DNA of 63,461 bases, counting the filler, from Folioceros fuciformis (Eukaryota): assembly GCA_049999805.1 (NCBI GenBank). It is 11 parts of 11 records of this genome, joined end to end, with 100 filler letters (N's around TTAATTAATTAA, not from the genome) between each part and the next. Parts side by side here need not be neighbours in the genome. Positions count along the whole stretch, not along the records: positions 33,557 to 42,879 come from JBNGIO010000959.1; positions 42,980 to 50,290 come from JBNGIO010000961.1; 9 more parts are not named here. One strand, written 5' to 3'. Shown in pieces: positions 35,720 to 49,588 of this stretch. The notes beneath the pieces are model-generated. The model searched no databases. It was given only the letters and a program-made list of their open reading frames with translations, and was not told the origin of the DNA. The translations under genes and the position numbers were made by a program. Each line of letters opens with the position of its first letter. The first letter of the stretch is position 1.

Positions 35720-37450
35720 CAATCACGAAGTCCTAGAGCTGTACTTTGCAACTTCCTTCGTCAATTTGAATGTGGTGTGTCCTTGAAGGTGACTGTTTTG
35801 CCCTGATCCTACAAGTGGACACATATATACGCCCATTCCTTCAGTATGTCTGTAATGTTGATGTTTCAGCAGAGACTTTGTAAGGACATCTGCAATATTC
35901 TCTTCTGTTGGCACAAAGCTGAGGTGCGCCTTAGCGTTCTGGATCACTTCCCTTATGAAGTGGTGTTTTAATTCTATGTGCTTGGTTCGCCCATGAAATC
36001 GCGGATTTGCCACCATTGCCATTGCGGCCTGACTGTCTGTATATAGCTCTGTAGGGTTCTTTTGATCATGGTTGATGGTCTCCAAAAGACTTCGTCTCCA
36101 TAGAAGCTCTTTGGCTGCCATAGAGAGTGAGCTATATTCGCTCTCAGCAGTGGATGTGCAGATGGAGGAGATCTTCTTACTAGACCAAGAGACAGCACCT
36201 CCGTTGAGTAAGAAAACATAGGCTCCTATGCTTCTTTGGTCGTCCGGGTTCCTACCCTAATCGGCATCCGAATAACCATAGAGTACCGAGGGTATTTTGT
36301 ACTTCCTTGAATATCTCATCCCATATGTAGGTGTGCCTCGTGAATACTTGTAGATCCTCTTTACTACGACCCAATGTGTCCTTCCAAGGTTATCCAGGAA
36401 TTAACTTACTTGGCTTACTACATATTGTATTTCCGGTCACGTCCAATTAGCAACATATATGAGGGATCCTACGGCTTGTTTGTAAGGTATTTTGGTCATC
36501 TCCTTTTTCTCTTGAACTGATTGTGGGCAATCCACCACTGACAAGGATATGTTGGCCACCATAGGTGTCCACAGGCCTTGCATCATCCAACTTCATTCTT
36601 TTTAGTATATCATTTATAAATTTTTGTTGGTACATCCAGATCTCATGGTGAGGTAGATTCCGTTCAACTTGAACGCCTAAAACATATTTAAGTTCTCCAT
36701 ATCTTTCATGTTGAATTCCTTGCTTAGTATTTCTTTGACTTTTGATAAAGCTGATTGTGTGCTCACTGCTATGATACAATCATCAACTTATGGGCATAAG
36801 AGCGCATATCCATTCTATGTAGTTAGTATGTATACATTGGAGTCTGCGTGACTTTGTACAAACCCCGAAGTCTTAAGATGTGTATCAGCTTGTAAATACC
36901 AGATTTTTGCGCTTTGTTTTAACCCGTAAAGGGCTGCGAGCAATCTACATACTTGGTGAGGATGTTTAGGATCAACATACATGTCGGGTTGGCTCATGTA
37001 AATAGTTTCTTCCAACTTGCCGTAGAGAAAAGCTGTATTTACATCCATTTGATTGAGTATTAAATCTTCAGTAGCTGCAATAGCTAAAATAAATCGTATT
37101 GATTGTGGTCTTACTACAGGTGAATATAAGTCTGGATCATAATCAACTCCAGGCTTTTGGCTGAAGCCTCTAGCGACGAGTTGGGCCTTGTATCGTGAGA
37201 TGGTACCGTGGGCATTATATTTCCTACTTAGTACCCATTTACAGAAAATAGGAGTTCTACCAGGAGGTAAATCTTCTAATTTTCAGGTCTCATTTTGCAT
37301 CAGTGACTTCCATTCCGAGTCGATGGCTTTAAGCTATTCCTCGCGCTTAGGCTTTAAGCTATTCCGTTTAGGGCCTGAGAGGGCCTCATCAATAGGAACT
37401 ATGTGTTCAGAAGCCCGTGTGCGGGAGAGCAGTGCCTGGTTTACCTCATT
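35720..37450 (-). mobile_element. Degenerate Ty1/copia RT-RNase H, convergent with the upstream copy
   Basis: ARGFSQKPGVDY, QMDVNTAFLYG, LYGLKQS, YTDSQAA, FHGRTKHIELKHHFIRE, NIADVLTK. Confidence 0.92.
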
Positions 37451-39156
37451 AACATGATCAGGAGTAATCTCAAATAATACGTTGCTAGAAGGTAACGAGT
37501 GGCTTGTCTCTTCTGAAATTTGCAGCATTAATTGTGTTATAAGTAATTAAGTTATAATTACTTGTGTAATCTTCAAGTGGGTTTTCACTATCGCTTGGAG
37601 AGGCAGTTGGGACAGTTGGAGCGTTGAGGTGTTGTTGTGCTCCATTATTTTCCCTTCCTTGCCTCCCACTGCGTTGAGTAGTAGCTAAACTTGTCACAAA
37701 GTCTTCAAATTGGTAGTGGCTTGGAGCCCTAAGGTTGTGTCGCGGCCGTAGAGTTCGGGTAGAATGGGCAGGTTCGTTAGTTTTCTGTAGGGGAGCAAAA
37801 ATTCGAGGCTATGCGTGCGAGTGGGAGTGTCGAAAAAAATGACAAAAATGCACTTGAGCAAGTTAGGGCACGTTTCATAATTTAGCTTATGAGTCACATG
37901 TAGCATGTAGATTGAACCGACGCACTTCTTCCTAGAGTCACGTCTCTTCATATGCATCATAAAACACAAACTCCCTGTATTGCTCACACACTTAATTTAT
38001 TGATTCTTCTCTCCATGACCAATTCGCGTTATAATGAATTGAGTTATTTCCAGTTGTATATATTAATGATGCATTTGATGCAAATTGGTGAATTTCCCAA
38101 AGATCTTGGTTGTCCAATCCAAATTGTTCATCCCTAAGGACTAAATCAAATTCGTTTCAGAAAAATGGTGAAGCTAACTAAGAACAAGTCTCTTAACCTT
38201 GTAAGCATGAAAATGAGTAAAGTGTCTCTTGTAAGGTCTTATGAATAGCTCCTCAGAAAATATTGAGGGTCGAAACTTATTGGAAAAAGACTTAATTGAA
38301 GAATAAATATATTATGATCTTTTTATAGGCACCTTAGTTGTAGGATCTCAAGACCCATGCCAAGTGCTTATGCCCTCTTTGTTAATTGAAACAAATCAAG
38401 GTAATCTATGAGGTGGAATTCCATGAGACACATGACACCCTAAGTCGACATAAGAAACTTAGAGAGGTCTTTGGTTTGTGCGTGCACTTTAGACTTCTCT
38501 AGAGAACGTGGTCTTGCAAAGGACTAAGTTAACTTCTTCTTAACAACGTCATTATCTTCAAATTGGGAGTGAAAATGAACTTTGGGACTAGCATAATTGC
38601 CTTAGTGTAGGCATACCAGCCTGATCCTTATGCTCTAGGATTTCCAATCCACAAAGCGCCTTCATAGCATATCCAATTTAGCACATACGCATCACAAAAT
38701 TTTGAGGAAGAGCCTGTGCCATTTGAGTAGACAAGTATATTTCCTCACTCGAATTTCACATCACGTCAAGGCACAACTTGTAGTTAGTTGTGGATTCCAA
38801 ATTCTAGAACACAACTCTGTAAGATGAATACCAAATTCTAGAACACAATTCCGTAAGATGAATCCCACGCTAAGTTGAATCCCATGGCAATCTGGCTGCT
38901 AAAAAGGTGGCCAAAGGAACTTTGATCGAACAACTTGTCCAGTGGTGAAACTACCTATTTGAACCAAGGGCATCTTCCTTCTTTAGGGATCCCAAGGAAG
39001 CACCATACACATAATCACGACCTTCTTATGAGCGCGCGTTCATTTGGCCTAACCCGTTAAGACAAACATTTATCTGAGCCCTTACCTATTTGGACGAACA
39101 TTTATAAGAGCGCTAACAGGATTCCAACAAGTGGCAAAAATATGGAAGTAACAAAT

Positions 39157-39336
39157 CAACAATAGGACAGCAAAAATGTGCAGGTACCAAACCACCTACG
39201 AGACTGCAAAAATGTGCAAGTACCAAACCAAGTACGGGACAGCAAAAATGTGCCAGTAACAAGCCAAAAACAGGACAGCCAAAATGCACAAGTACGAAAC
39301 CAACAACGGGACAGCAAAACTGTGCACGTACAAACC
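39157..39336 (+). repeat. 36-bp in-frame tandem repeat, 5 copies (12-aa unit ~NQxRDSKNVQVP)
   Basis: CACCTACGAGACTGCAAAAATGTGCAAGTACCAAAC-type units. Confidence 0.85.
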
Positions 39337-39339
39337 AAT

Positions 39340-39900
39340 TATATGGCTGACTGGATTCGAATCTGCACGATATGCGTTATTTTGTCCCCGGACTAAGAGA
39401 CTCCAACACAGCTACGACGAGTTTTGAATTATTGGGGTCTCTTCCAAAAGTGGACCATAGACATCCTAGGATAATTGATGGAATCGACATCGATTTTCGT
39501 ACTGTGAAATATACCTTAGATAGGCATATGATAAGGAGTGCATTTTGCTTTCCAAACTGCAAAACTAACACGGCACAAAAATCCGACAGGACTTAAGGCA
39601 CCATGGACAGGTCTGCTCGCGGAATTTTAAGCTATGGCTGAGACCTCCCATCGGCAGTGAAATATGATCCTGAGAGCTGTTGTGCCTTGATTTACAAATC
39701 AGGAGGAAAGCAGCTGACCACCAATGGGACACCTTTCATAGACGACCCAAAGCATGTTCTGCCTCCCAAAATGTTCCACAAGCCCTTTGTCCTAACGTTC
39801 TCATTGTGGCATAAAATTCGCAACCACGGTAGCTGCTATGCGATGTCCTCAATGCCCGCGCTCTTTCCATTGTAGATTCATACCATCCTGTATCAATGTC
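39340..39900 (+). pseudogene. Degenerate atypical PHD-finger-like fragment (EDM2/NSD-type C-x2-C...H)
   Basis: SHCGIKF...MRCPQCPRSFHCRFIP, with upstream RICTIC and KYDPESC segments in other frames. Confidence 0.35.
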
Positions 39901-40247
39901 ATGCGGATGATCCTTGCTGATTCTGCACGCGTCTGCATTATGGCGTGCACAGAAGCTGGTCGTTTAACACTTGATCGATCCCTCCACTGCAGTAGAGCTG
40001 CGTCCTCCACCGCATCCCTCAGTGCCAGGTTTGGGGCCTGTCCTTAGATCTGCATCAGAATTACCTGTCCTCCTTCTATAGGTAGACTTGGTTCCATACC
40101 AGGCCACCCCTCCCAGCCACTTCCTACCCACAATAACAATCCAACACACGCGTTTGATCTGCTCTTGCTCAGAGGCGTGGATCGGTTACCATCCTTAACA
40201 GTAAAGCACACTTCGTAATTGTAACAAGGAAGAACGCAAAACTAATG

Positions 40248-42469
40248 TCAATGTATGTAAGACAGATATTTTGCACTCAGAAGGATCTTCTGCACACAAA
40301 GGAGAGCCTCCCTAGCGACTTCTGGGTTTTCATGACCCATGAGCTTCATAACACGGTCCTTGACCCGCAGATCCTGTAAAATCCCACGCCCAGCTGGGTG
40401 GTTCTGGATGAAGCTGGATAGATCGTGGCATGCAACGGCAAGAGTCTTGGGGTCCCTTGAAGTGTCGAGAATAGTTACAAGGATACGTAAAATCTGCAAC
40501 ACAGGAAGGTTGATAAGTGCCACTCTATAGAGAGAAGGAAGCGAACACCACAAGAGGGCCCAAAAACACAATTGAACTGCCACACATACCTGATAGTCAT
40601 TTTCCTCAAACTTATGTATATTCTCCTTCCAAAACGAGGAATCTTTGTGCATAGGAGTCCAGTCCAGGTTTCCTGAAAGAACTTCCTGCTTGTACTTCTC
40701 AAAGGAGCTCAATTGTTTGATACTGTCTTTCAGAGTCGTCTCTAGTGCATCCAGAGCTTGAGTCAGGTCCTGCGAATTCCACCACCCATGTTAGTCGAAG
40801 GTGAGAGAAGAACCGTTTCAAAGCACGGAAGACCATGACAGAACCTCGTCACTCCATGCCAGCTGTCTCAGGTTGTAAATAGCTTTATCAAGGCCAGCCT
40901 CCACCATATCAGCTGCAAGATTTTGTCTGGTGACCAAATTTTTGAGGGTGAGAATCGCCACTCGTACCACCTGCAACGAAGTGCGGGGCGGTCAGCCAAT
41001 GTCCTCTCACACGCTGACAGCCCTAATTCTGAAGTTCACTGTTGAGCACCTTCTCTTTGGACGTTGTTTTAACCACTTCCACCAAACGAGGTATTGCACG
41101 CGTGTTTGTAATGGTTTCGACTGCATCATCGTGATATGATAGTAGCCACATACACAGAGTTGCCTCGTACAAGAGCTGGGTAGAGATCCAGAAAGTAGCC
41201 AACAACTCAGTGAACAGAAAATAAAGAACCCATTCCATACGTTTTCACCGTTGCTGCATTCCGTTGAGGTAATACCCTGGGGGGGCCGGGCGTTCATTGT
41301 GTACCTGAATGTATTGCTGAGAAGAAGCAGGTGAGATGAGCGGGGCTATAAGCTTGACGCCATCTGACTGGACAAACAAAGACCTGATTGCTGGCTCTCG
41401 TAGAAGAGCAGCCAGGCAGCTGACCGCAGTAGGTATGGCTCGTGTTGGGTGGGAGGGGTGCCGCAACTATGCACAGAAAACATCAATCATCAAACACATC
41501 AACGGCTCATGAAAAAACCGTGCAGGCACCAGTCACATTTATAAGAAAGCAATCCAACATTAATCAGCCACCTTGCTCCCTACCTGAGCGCAGAGCCAGT
41601 TCACAACACTTTGGATGACATCTTGCAGATGCTTGGTCTTCTTACTTGTATCACCTCTGGGTCTTGAGCTGGATTATATGGCAGAAAGTCAGTTTTTTTC
41701 CCAAATTTTCAGGGTGAAAGGGTGGAGGTGAAACACGCGAGCCGTGAAGCCCACCTGATGGCTACCGTCAAGATCTTGGAGGCTTTCTCCTCCATAAACC
41801 AGTTGTTCTTAGACAACAACCTGCACCCATCAAACATCCCAGGTATGAAGCTTCACAGTGATGATCTTGGGTCTACGACACGTGATCTACCAACAGTATG
41901 TTATTGCAAGCACAACGATTGACACAAACAACGGTTCCGCACATTGAAAATGGCTGATATACGTCCTCATTCTCAAACTCCTGACTGTGGAACAATCTAG
42001 CACGCTTCGGATTGGCTGCACAGACATATAGCCTCACAGGCATTCATCAGAAAAATGCGCAGTGGAGATTTAGCAGCAACCCAGCTTCTAGACCCGCAGA
42101 AAAAGACAAAGTGACTGTCACCTGACAGCAACTCATCAATGACGGCCAGAACGTACTCCACAGTATCCTCCTTACTTATGTTCTGCACGAGACTGAGGAA
42201 AACACGCATGTAGGCCGGACCATTCTGCGTACAAGGAAACACAAAATGACGATCCACGAGCACACAAAAAAAGTAGAATGCGAAATTCAGCACATCCTAC
42301 TCCGTCCCTCCCGCACCTCATCCAGCAGCGCCGCTTGTACACTCTCTGGTCTCCTATCGTAGCGTCGCAGGAGCTGCAGATCTGTGCCACTGATGAGCTT
42401 GGCGGTCATGTATGTTTCCCATGGTATATCCCGTTTGAGCACGTCCGCGGAGGTGGCAGCGGGAGACAT
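40248..42469 (-). CDS. VHA-H: V-type proton ATPase subunit H; multi-exon, all GT-AG introns
   Basis: [110 protein letters not shown]. Confidence 0.96.
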
Positions 42470-43399
42470 CAAAGATGAGGGCGCTGCAGTAGCACTTCAG
42501 ATCCAAATGCCGTCAAGAGGAGAGCCTAACAAGGACACCAGCACCAGCTCAGGCTTCGCAAGGACACCAAGGACACCGGCCACCTGATGAGCGCCTTGGC
42601 AAGGACACGAAGCTACCTGACCGCCCGGTACGCTCAACCCAACTTTCGTTGCTCTAGTTAAGAACTCGAGTTACATTTTGGGAGTACATAATGTAGCTAT
42701 TGATGTGGGCGTTATTCATGGCATAAACATATATGTATGAAGTCATATATTTTATTGAAAATATGATGAGAGATCGGACTACCCTGAAAGACGGTCAAAA
42801 GTTAAAGGTTGGGACTAGCTCCTTTGAATATACAGTCAGACTCCTCTAATTGGGAATAATTGGGAGTAGCAAAAATCATNNNNNNNNNNNNNNNNNNNNN
42901 NNNNNNNNNNNNNNNNNNNNNNNTTAATTAATTAANNNNNNNNNNNNNNNNNNNNNNNNNNNNNNNNNNNNNNNNNNNNGTTCCAATGTTGCCTCATCGC
43001 CCCTTCGAAGCAATTTGGCGTGCTCCAATGCCACCTTGTTGCCCCTTCGACAAAATCTGGCGCGCTCCAACCCTGCCTAGTTTGCATAACCCATTAGGTT
43101 TGCCTCTTGCCAAATACAATTCCGGAAAATGGGTATGCCCAATGATGCATCAATTATGAACAAAAAGGTGTATCTCAAACATATAGATTTTGCCACTATC
43201 TTATCGTGGTTGGTACATGGCTCACCCCAATGGAAGTCTTATCTTCCTCTCCTCGAAACGTGCTTCCATTAGTTCGATTTTCTTGCTATGTCACTCTAGC
43301 TAGCAAGGGTCACCTTATGTTACATGGTAGGGCTATGTTGTAGAGGTACAAGACTTACGAACAAAGATACACAAAGACAAAGGCCCTTCTGTCTAGGGA

Positions 43400-45960
43400 T
43401 CATGAAGTAGTAGATCTTAATTCTCTAATTGACAATAATGTCATCATTGGTGCTTCCATACAACTTGGTGAAAGTCAACTACAAAGACTTAAAGTCGATA
43501 GCAAGCGAAAGAGTTTGCACTCCCCATCATCCACCAGTTCACACAAAGTAAAGGCTGGTGCTAGAAAATTGGACAATAGGAGGGCATTAGCCAAACTTGA
43601 TGCAAGTCCAAGTGCAAGGGACAACAAGAGTTCCAACTCTTTAAATTTGCACGCTCTATCCATATGGCTGCTGAGGCCAAAGCACAAAGTAAGTTGTAGT
43701 TTGGGACCACTTGTTTTCAATGGCAAAACAACAAGATTCTTACTGTGTTATAATATGTTTTTCCTATAGTGAAAGTGTGATAAGCAACAAAGATAGAGAG
43801 TTGGTATAGGAGACAAAAAGATTCTAAGTACAACAAATTGCAATAAGATAGAAGAGAGAATCACAACAAGCTGCACAATATGAGAAGAGACATCTGAAAC
43901 TAGAAATTGCCAAAGAGGACAACAAAGCTAAGCTTAAGAGGAAGTGAATGGACCTGTGGAAGTCCATTCTTATACATAATTGGATCGAGAAGAAATAGGG
44001 ACATCATTAAGAAGTTGGAGAAGAATTTTGGCAATGATAATAGTTTGAAGATAGTCATTTCAAAGTAATAGTTTATATATGAGTTAATGGCAATACACCT
44101 CTCTTATAGTTTCTAGCTAATACTTTGGGCTTTAAAACTTCATGAAAGATAGAAGCTGTATTTTCATAAACTTGCATTCGGTTCTCCGATGTATTCTACA
44201 TGAGATCTTTCTCATTATGAAGCTCATTCCAAGCATCCTCAAGGTTGGCCAACATGTTGTGTTTTGGAGGCAACATGCTATAAATATTTATTTGACGTCC
44301 TCTTCACATTTGATTGGGCACTGTAGCTCTTACAAGGATTGACATTTGAACTTCAATATGCCAATATAATGCTTATTTCAAACTCTACTTTTAAATAAGC
44401 AATAATTGAATTCCACATTCTCTCTGTAGAAAGGAGCTTGATATGATAGAACACAAAAATTGACACTGGATACGCGAAATCTCCTTGAAGGTATTGCCTT
44501 GCTAAGAAATGTGCTCTTGGATCCTTACAAGTACTCATTCTTTGAAACAAAAATGCATCATAGTTAAAGCCCGAATTATCAATACGTAGAGAAACGATTC
44601 TTTTGTCAACATCACACAACTTAGAAGTTTCATTGAATACCTATACATAGAACACAGTATTGGAATCCTAAATCAAGCATGCATGAGGTCTTTGATGTTT
44701 GCGAAATGTTAAGGACATACCTCCGTTTCCTATCAAAACATAGCTCACTACCAATACTAGGCTTCTATGACAATGGCAAAGTTGTCTCGTGTTAATGAAG
44801 CTAAGACATCCCTCAAAACCCTCTAGACACATCACTTCACTAATCTCAGATTGTCTACTCTCATCTAGCCACTTCATCCACTCATGGTACGTGTTAAAGC
44901 ACTGTAGTGATCACACGTTGGATCCATTTCACAATGGTGTCATGGCCGATGTAAAATAATTGACATATTTTCGCAATGCATGCTCCATTTCTTGCAACTC
45001 CAAATCTGTAGGGTTATTAAAGCCCAATGTGCTTAGACTAATGTGTTTAGTCTAAAATTAGTGTCTAGTTAAGTATCATTAGTTTAGTTTAGCTTAAGCT
45101 AATCTGTAGGAAGCTTCTTGTGCAGCTTCCTGTGGGCTTCTTGTGAAGCTTCCTAGGGAGCTCTTCTAGAGGGTATAAATACCCCCTTGAGCTTCCTTGT
45201 ATTGTGAGACTTAATGTGAGAGTGTGACCTCTCTTTCTCCTCTCCTCCTTGCCTTCTCCTTTCCTCTCTTTCACCATGCTCCTCTAGCGATCCTTTCAAG
45301 TGGTATCAGAGCTAGAGGAGCGATCCTTTCAAAATCTACATAAAGTAACTCCTAATTGCTAGGCAACCTTACTCTGAGAACAATTAGAGCTATTAAAGAA
45401 AACTTAGTTGTTGCTAAGGATGTTGTAGAGTAACTTGAAACCCCAATGTGAAATAATTGACATATTTTTGCAATGCATGCTCCATTTCCTACAACTCCAA
45501 ATCCACATAAAGTAACTCTCAATTGTCAAGTAACCTGACTCTGAGAACAATTAAAGTTGCTAAAGAAAACTTAGCTGTTGCTCCGGAAGTTGCAAAGTAA
45601 CTTGAAATCCTGATGTGAAGTACGTAACAATTATCTAAACTCATTTGGATGCATGTTAAAAAGTGTGGATGACCACAAGTACAAGGGCGATGACATTTGC
45701 CTTTCACATTCACAAATTGAGATGCTCAAGTGAGCATGTATCCTCCTCCTCTGTTACGTTGTTAAGCAAACTTGTAATGACCATAGCTTTCTCCAAGTCC
45801 AACAAAAATTGCTTCCAGAGCGAGCATTATAGCATGGTGATAGGCCAGAACACTCAGAATAATCGATACCAAGCCCTTGCCCAACCATTCAACAATGCAT
45901 TTTGGTGCCCTTGCCCAACCATTCAGCGACGCATTGGAAGGCAGGTAGGAGGGCAACCAA
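43400..45960 (-). mobile_element. Degenerate PIF/Harbinger DNA transposon (transposase on minus ~44130-45960; possible convergent accessory ORF on plus ~43400-44030)
   Basis: GFEGCLSFIN (GFPGC.G.IDG-like), VCDVDKRI...SGFNYDAFLF, YLQGDFAYP (DDE_Tnp_4 pattern). Interrupted by an LTR relic and a ~170-bp internal duplication. Confidence 0.75.
45007..45331 (+). mobile_element. LTR relic: full LTR (45007-45298) + PBS + last 13 bp of the 3' LTR, flanked by 5-bp TSD AAATC
   Basis: TG...CA ends; TSD at 45002-45006 and 45332-45336; TATAAATA near 45174; PBS TGGTATCAGAGC at 45301-45312; the empty site is visible in the duplicate at ~45497. Confidence 0.85.
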
Positions 45961-45974
45961 GAGGGGTCGAAGTA

Positions 45975-46148
45975 TGTGAAAGCGATCATTTATGAAGCTC
46001 TACGCTCTGAACATACACCAAATTGAACAGTCACGTCTCTCTTTGTGTCCAGTCATGTCCCTTTGTGTCCAGGCGCTTATGATGCCTTGGACACTCTCAT
46101 AAATTATTTCTCTCTGTGTACTTAATGCTCTCCGTGTTAAAAATCACA
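45975..46148 (+). repeat. 5' LTR (~174 bp) of the downstream copia element
   Basis: TGTGA...TCACA terminal inverted ends, followed immediately by the PBS. Confidence 0.65.
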
Positions 46149-46159
46149 TGGTATCAGAG
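46149..46159 (+). promoter_or_regulatory. Primer-binding site complementary to initiator tRNA-Met 3' end
   Basis: TGGTATCAGAG directly after the LTR end. Confidence 0.8.
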
Positions 46160-46347
46160 ATCATGACGAAAATCGAACGTGCTTAGAATCATGATGCAGG
46201 GCAAACTCTGATTGAGACTATACGATATGAATAGATTCTGCCCTTGATGCACTCATCATTCTGAACAGAATTCCAACAGTAGAAGGAAAACTCCTTCTCA
46301 CTTTCAGAAAACAAGAAACAATTCCCGTACGTGTAGAAATGTCTCAC

Positions 46348-46379
<32 letters not shown>

Positions 46380-46593
46380 CTGCATCAAAAGACCACACAC
46401 AAATTAGTCAGACAATCAATGAGTTTTGCTCAGAACAGAAATCGTGCTTACATCTCTCAATTTTCTAATTTGACCATCTATCTAGATGACATTTACAGAG
46501 ACAGTATGACATCTATGCAATCCTAGACAAGATTCAATCACAACTAGACATGATTAGCAAAAATCATCAATTCTACATCCTAGCAAGCACAAT

Positions 46594-49588
46594 ATGAGCA
46601 CAATGGCAAACCCCTCTACTAACAGGACCTATCAGATTGATAAATTGACTAGCGTTAATTATCACACTTGGGCACTCCGTATTGAGATGCTTCTGTTAAG
46701 AAGTTCCACATGGACTGTAGTTAATGACACAGAAGTACAGCCTACAGCCAACCACGCTGACTTACCTGCATGGTTGGTCAAGAATGCTCAAGCACGATCT
46801 GACATATTGTTGCATGTATCAAATAGATTAATACCTATAATCAAAAGATTAACTACAACAAAAGCTATGTGGGACAAGCTCAAATCCTCATATCACGAGG
46901 GGAGCATGGCTTTTAGGCTCTATGCTCAAGAACAATTGCAATCAAACAAGCTCATAGAGGGCAATTCTGTCCTAGATGTCTTAGAAAACTGGCGAGCTTC
47001 TCTAGATGCAGTCATCTCCTATGGATTAACCTTGGATGATGAGACACATGTTATGCATCTCCTGAGAGCATCACCCCAGTCATGGGGCCCTTTTATCACT
47101 GCACAATCAAACATTGCAACAGCCAACAATCCTTTAACCCTTGAGATATTAATCCCTAGAATTATGCATGAAGCTAGGCTACGACAATCCCACCTACCTT
47201 CAAGTACTCCAGCGAGTACATCTGCTCTATTCGTTGGTAGCAAGAAGCGCTGGAATTTTGGCAAACCATCTTCTTCTATTGGAGGATCCCAACGGATCCC
47301 TCCTCCCAACAATCTCGCACATAAGAATAAAATATGTCACTACTGTCAAAAACCAAGGCACATTGCACCTGATTGCAAGAAGAAGAAACGAGATAGAGTA
47401 GCAGGGATTAAAAACCCTACTCCTACTCCTGCCTCAGTCAACACTGCCCAAGATACAAGTCAAGGACCTTCTTGTGTATTCTCAACTCAGTCTCAAACAT
47501 TGAATTATGAGTCTACCCAAGATTCATGGCTCCTAGATAGCGGAGCCACAGAGCACATGACACCAAGGAGGGACTGGTTCTTTACGTATGAAGCCTTCCC
47601 TGCTCCACAAACTGTCTATATGGGAGATAGCTCTCCCACAAGGCAATTGGTAAGGGAGTGGTGCAGGTCTAATTGCAGAATCATATTGTCTTCATCCGAG
47701 ACGTCCTGCATGTTCCTACGCTAACACACAATTTGCTGTCACTCACACAAGCCACGAGACAACCCACTAGCACAATTAACTTTACTCATAAAGGTTGTCT
47801 GATTACGTTCAGACATGCCACAGGATAGCTAGTCAAGCTTTTCTATGCCCAGAGTGGTAAGTTATTTTACGTGGCTAAGGGCATATTGCCCACTCTAGAA
47901 AAAGTGTAGCCCACACATCTCAGTTTAGCAGCCAGCGATTTAGGTGCCACCACAACCCTTTGGCACTTGCAATTAGCACATCTGCACCTACAAGGCATGC
48001 AGAGAATGTCTAGCAAGAATATGGTTTTAGGGCTACCTTCCAAGTTGGGCAACTTACCTTTGTGTTCCGGCTGTGTGGTTGGCAAACATACAAGTCAACC
48101 TTACCCGAAATCTCACAGCAAGACATCACACGTCCTAGAATTAGTGCACACTGATCTTTGTGGCCCTATGCAAACAGCCACCCTCACAGAAAAGCTGTAC
48201 ATGTTCGTCTTGCTTGACGATTTGAGCCACTATACACATTTGTATTTTCTTAAATACAAGCCCGAAGCCTTCACGTGCTTCAAAGCCTTTCAGGCTTATG
48301 CTAAAAGCCAAACTGGCTAGAAGTTGAAGATCTTCCGGACTGATAATGTGGGAGAACTTACCTCACCTATCTTTGAGACACATCTACAAGCCCATGGAAT
48401 TCAACACCAGAAAATTGTGCCATACTCATATCAGCAAATGGGTAAGGCCAAAAGACGCCATTGCTCAATAATGGATGGAGTTTGCAGCAATCTCAACACC
48501 GCAAGCCTCCCGAATTATTTGTGGGCAGAGGCCGCTGTCTCCTATGTACAAAACTGCTGCCAGACTTCAACTATCGCAAATAAAACACCTTATGAACTGT
48601 AGACGGGGAAGAAACCAAATGTTAGCCATCTTTGCATCCTTGGATGCACGGCATATAAATATGTTCCACTAGAGATTTGAAAGAAGCTAGATCCACGCTC
48701 CATCAAACTTACCTTTGTAGGATATGGGGAAGATGCCGGCGTGAAGGGTTATCATCGTTACGATCGACAAACCCGCCGCTTCACATTAGCAAGAAATGTG
48801 ATCTTCGATGAAACTTCTATCCTCGGTAATTCCCCTCAAGATACGCTTCCTACAGAGCGTGAAATGCCTCCATCAACAACTCAAGCTATTACCACCTTTG
48901 AGGAAGAATTCCCTCCAGCACCACCTCCAAACCGTATAGTTCCTTCGGTTATTCCACTAACCCTTGGTACTGGAGAAGACCCTTCCGATCTCTACGACTA
49001 TGACTCAGACACTGAGTCTCATGGCCTTGTGCCAGGGGTCAGGCCTGATCCTGCTCTGCCACAGGGGGGCATCATACAATATCCTAGTATTGCTGTGTAG
49101 GATCAACCAGACTCTCCAGAGCCCATAAGACAATTTACAAGATCCAACAGAGGGATTCCTGGAGTAAAATATCATGACCTCACTTTTAACAAGTCACACG
49201 GCACTTCCTCTCACGCTCTGTTCAGTGCTGATATTGTCCCTATCAAACAAGCTCTTGAAGGACCAGAATCTAACTCCTGGAAGCAGGCAATGAACAGTGA
49301 ATATCAATCCTTGATTTCTAATGACACATGGACTTTGGTTGATCCACCAAATAGACATAACATTGTCGGAAGCAAATAGGTGTTACGAACGAAGCACAAT
49401 GCATATGGCTCCTTAGCCAGATTCAAGGCCAGACTCGTAGCTAGGGGCTTCACACAAAAGAGCGGAGTGGATTACTCTGAGACAAGTATTTTCAGCCCGG
49501 TAGTTAAACTCACCTCTCTACGTGTGATGCTTGCCTTAGCTGCTTTGCATAGTCTCCTTGCACATCAACTAGACGTGGAGACGACCTT
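46594..49588 (+). mobile_element. Ty1/copia gag-pol (gag open; PR/INT/RT with frameshifts and stops), truncated in RT
   Basis: KLTSVNYHTW, CHYCQKPRHIAPDC, WLLDSGATEHM, VHTDLCGP, FRTDNVGE, RNVIFDE, ARFKARLVARGFTQ, HQLDVET. Confidence 0.95.
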
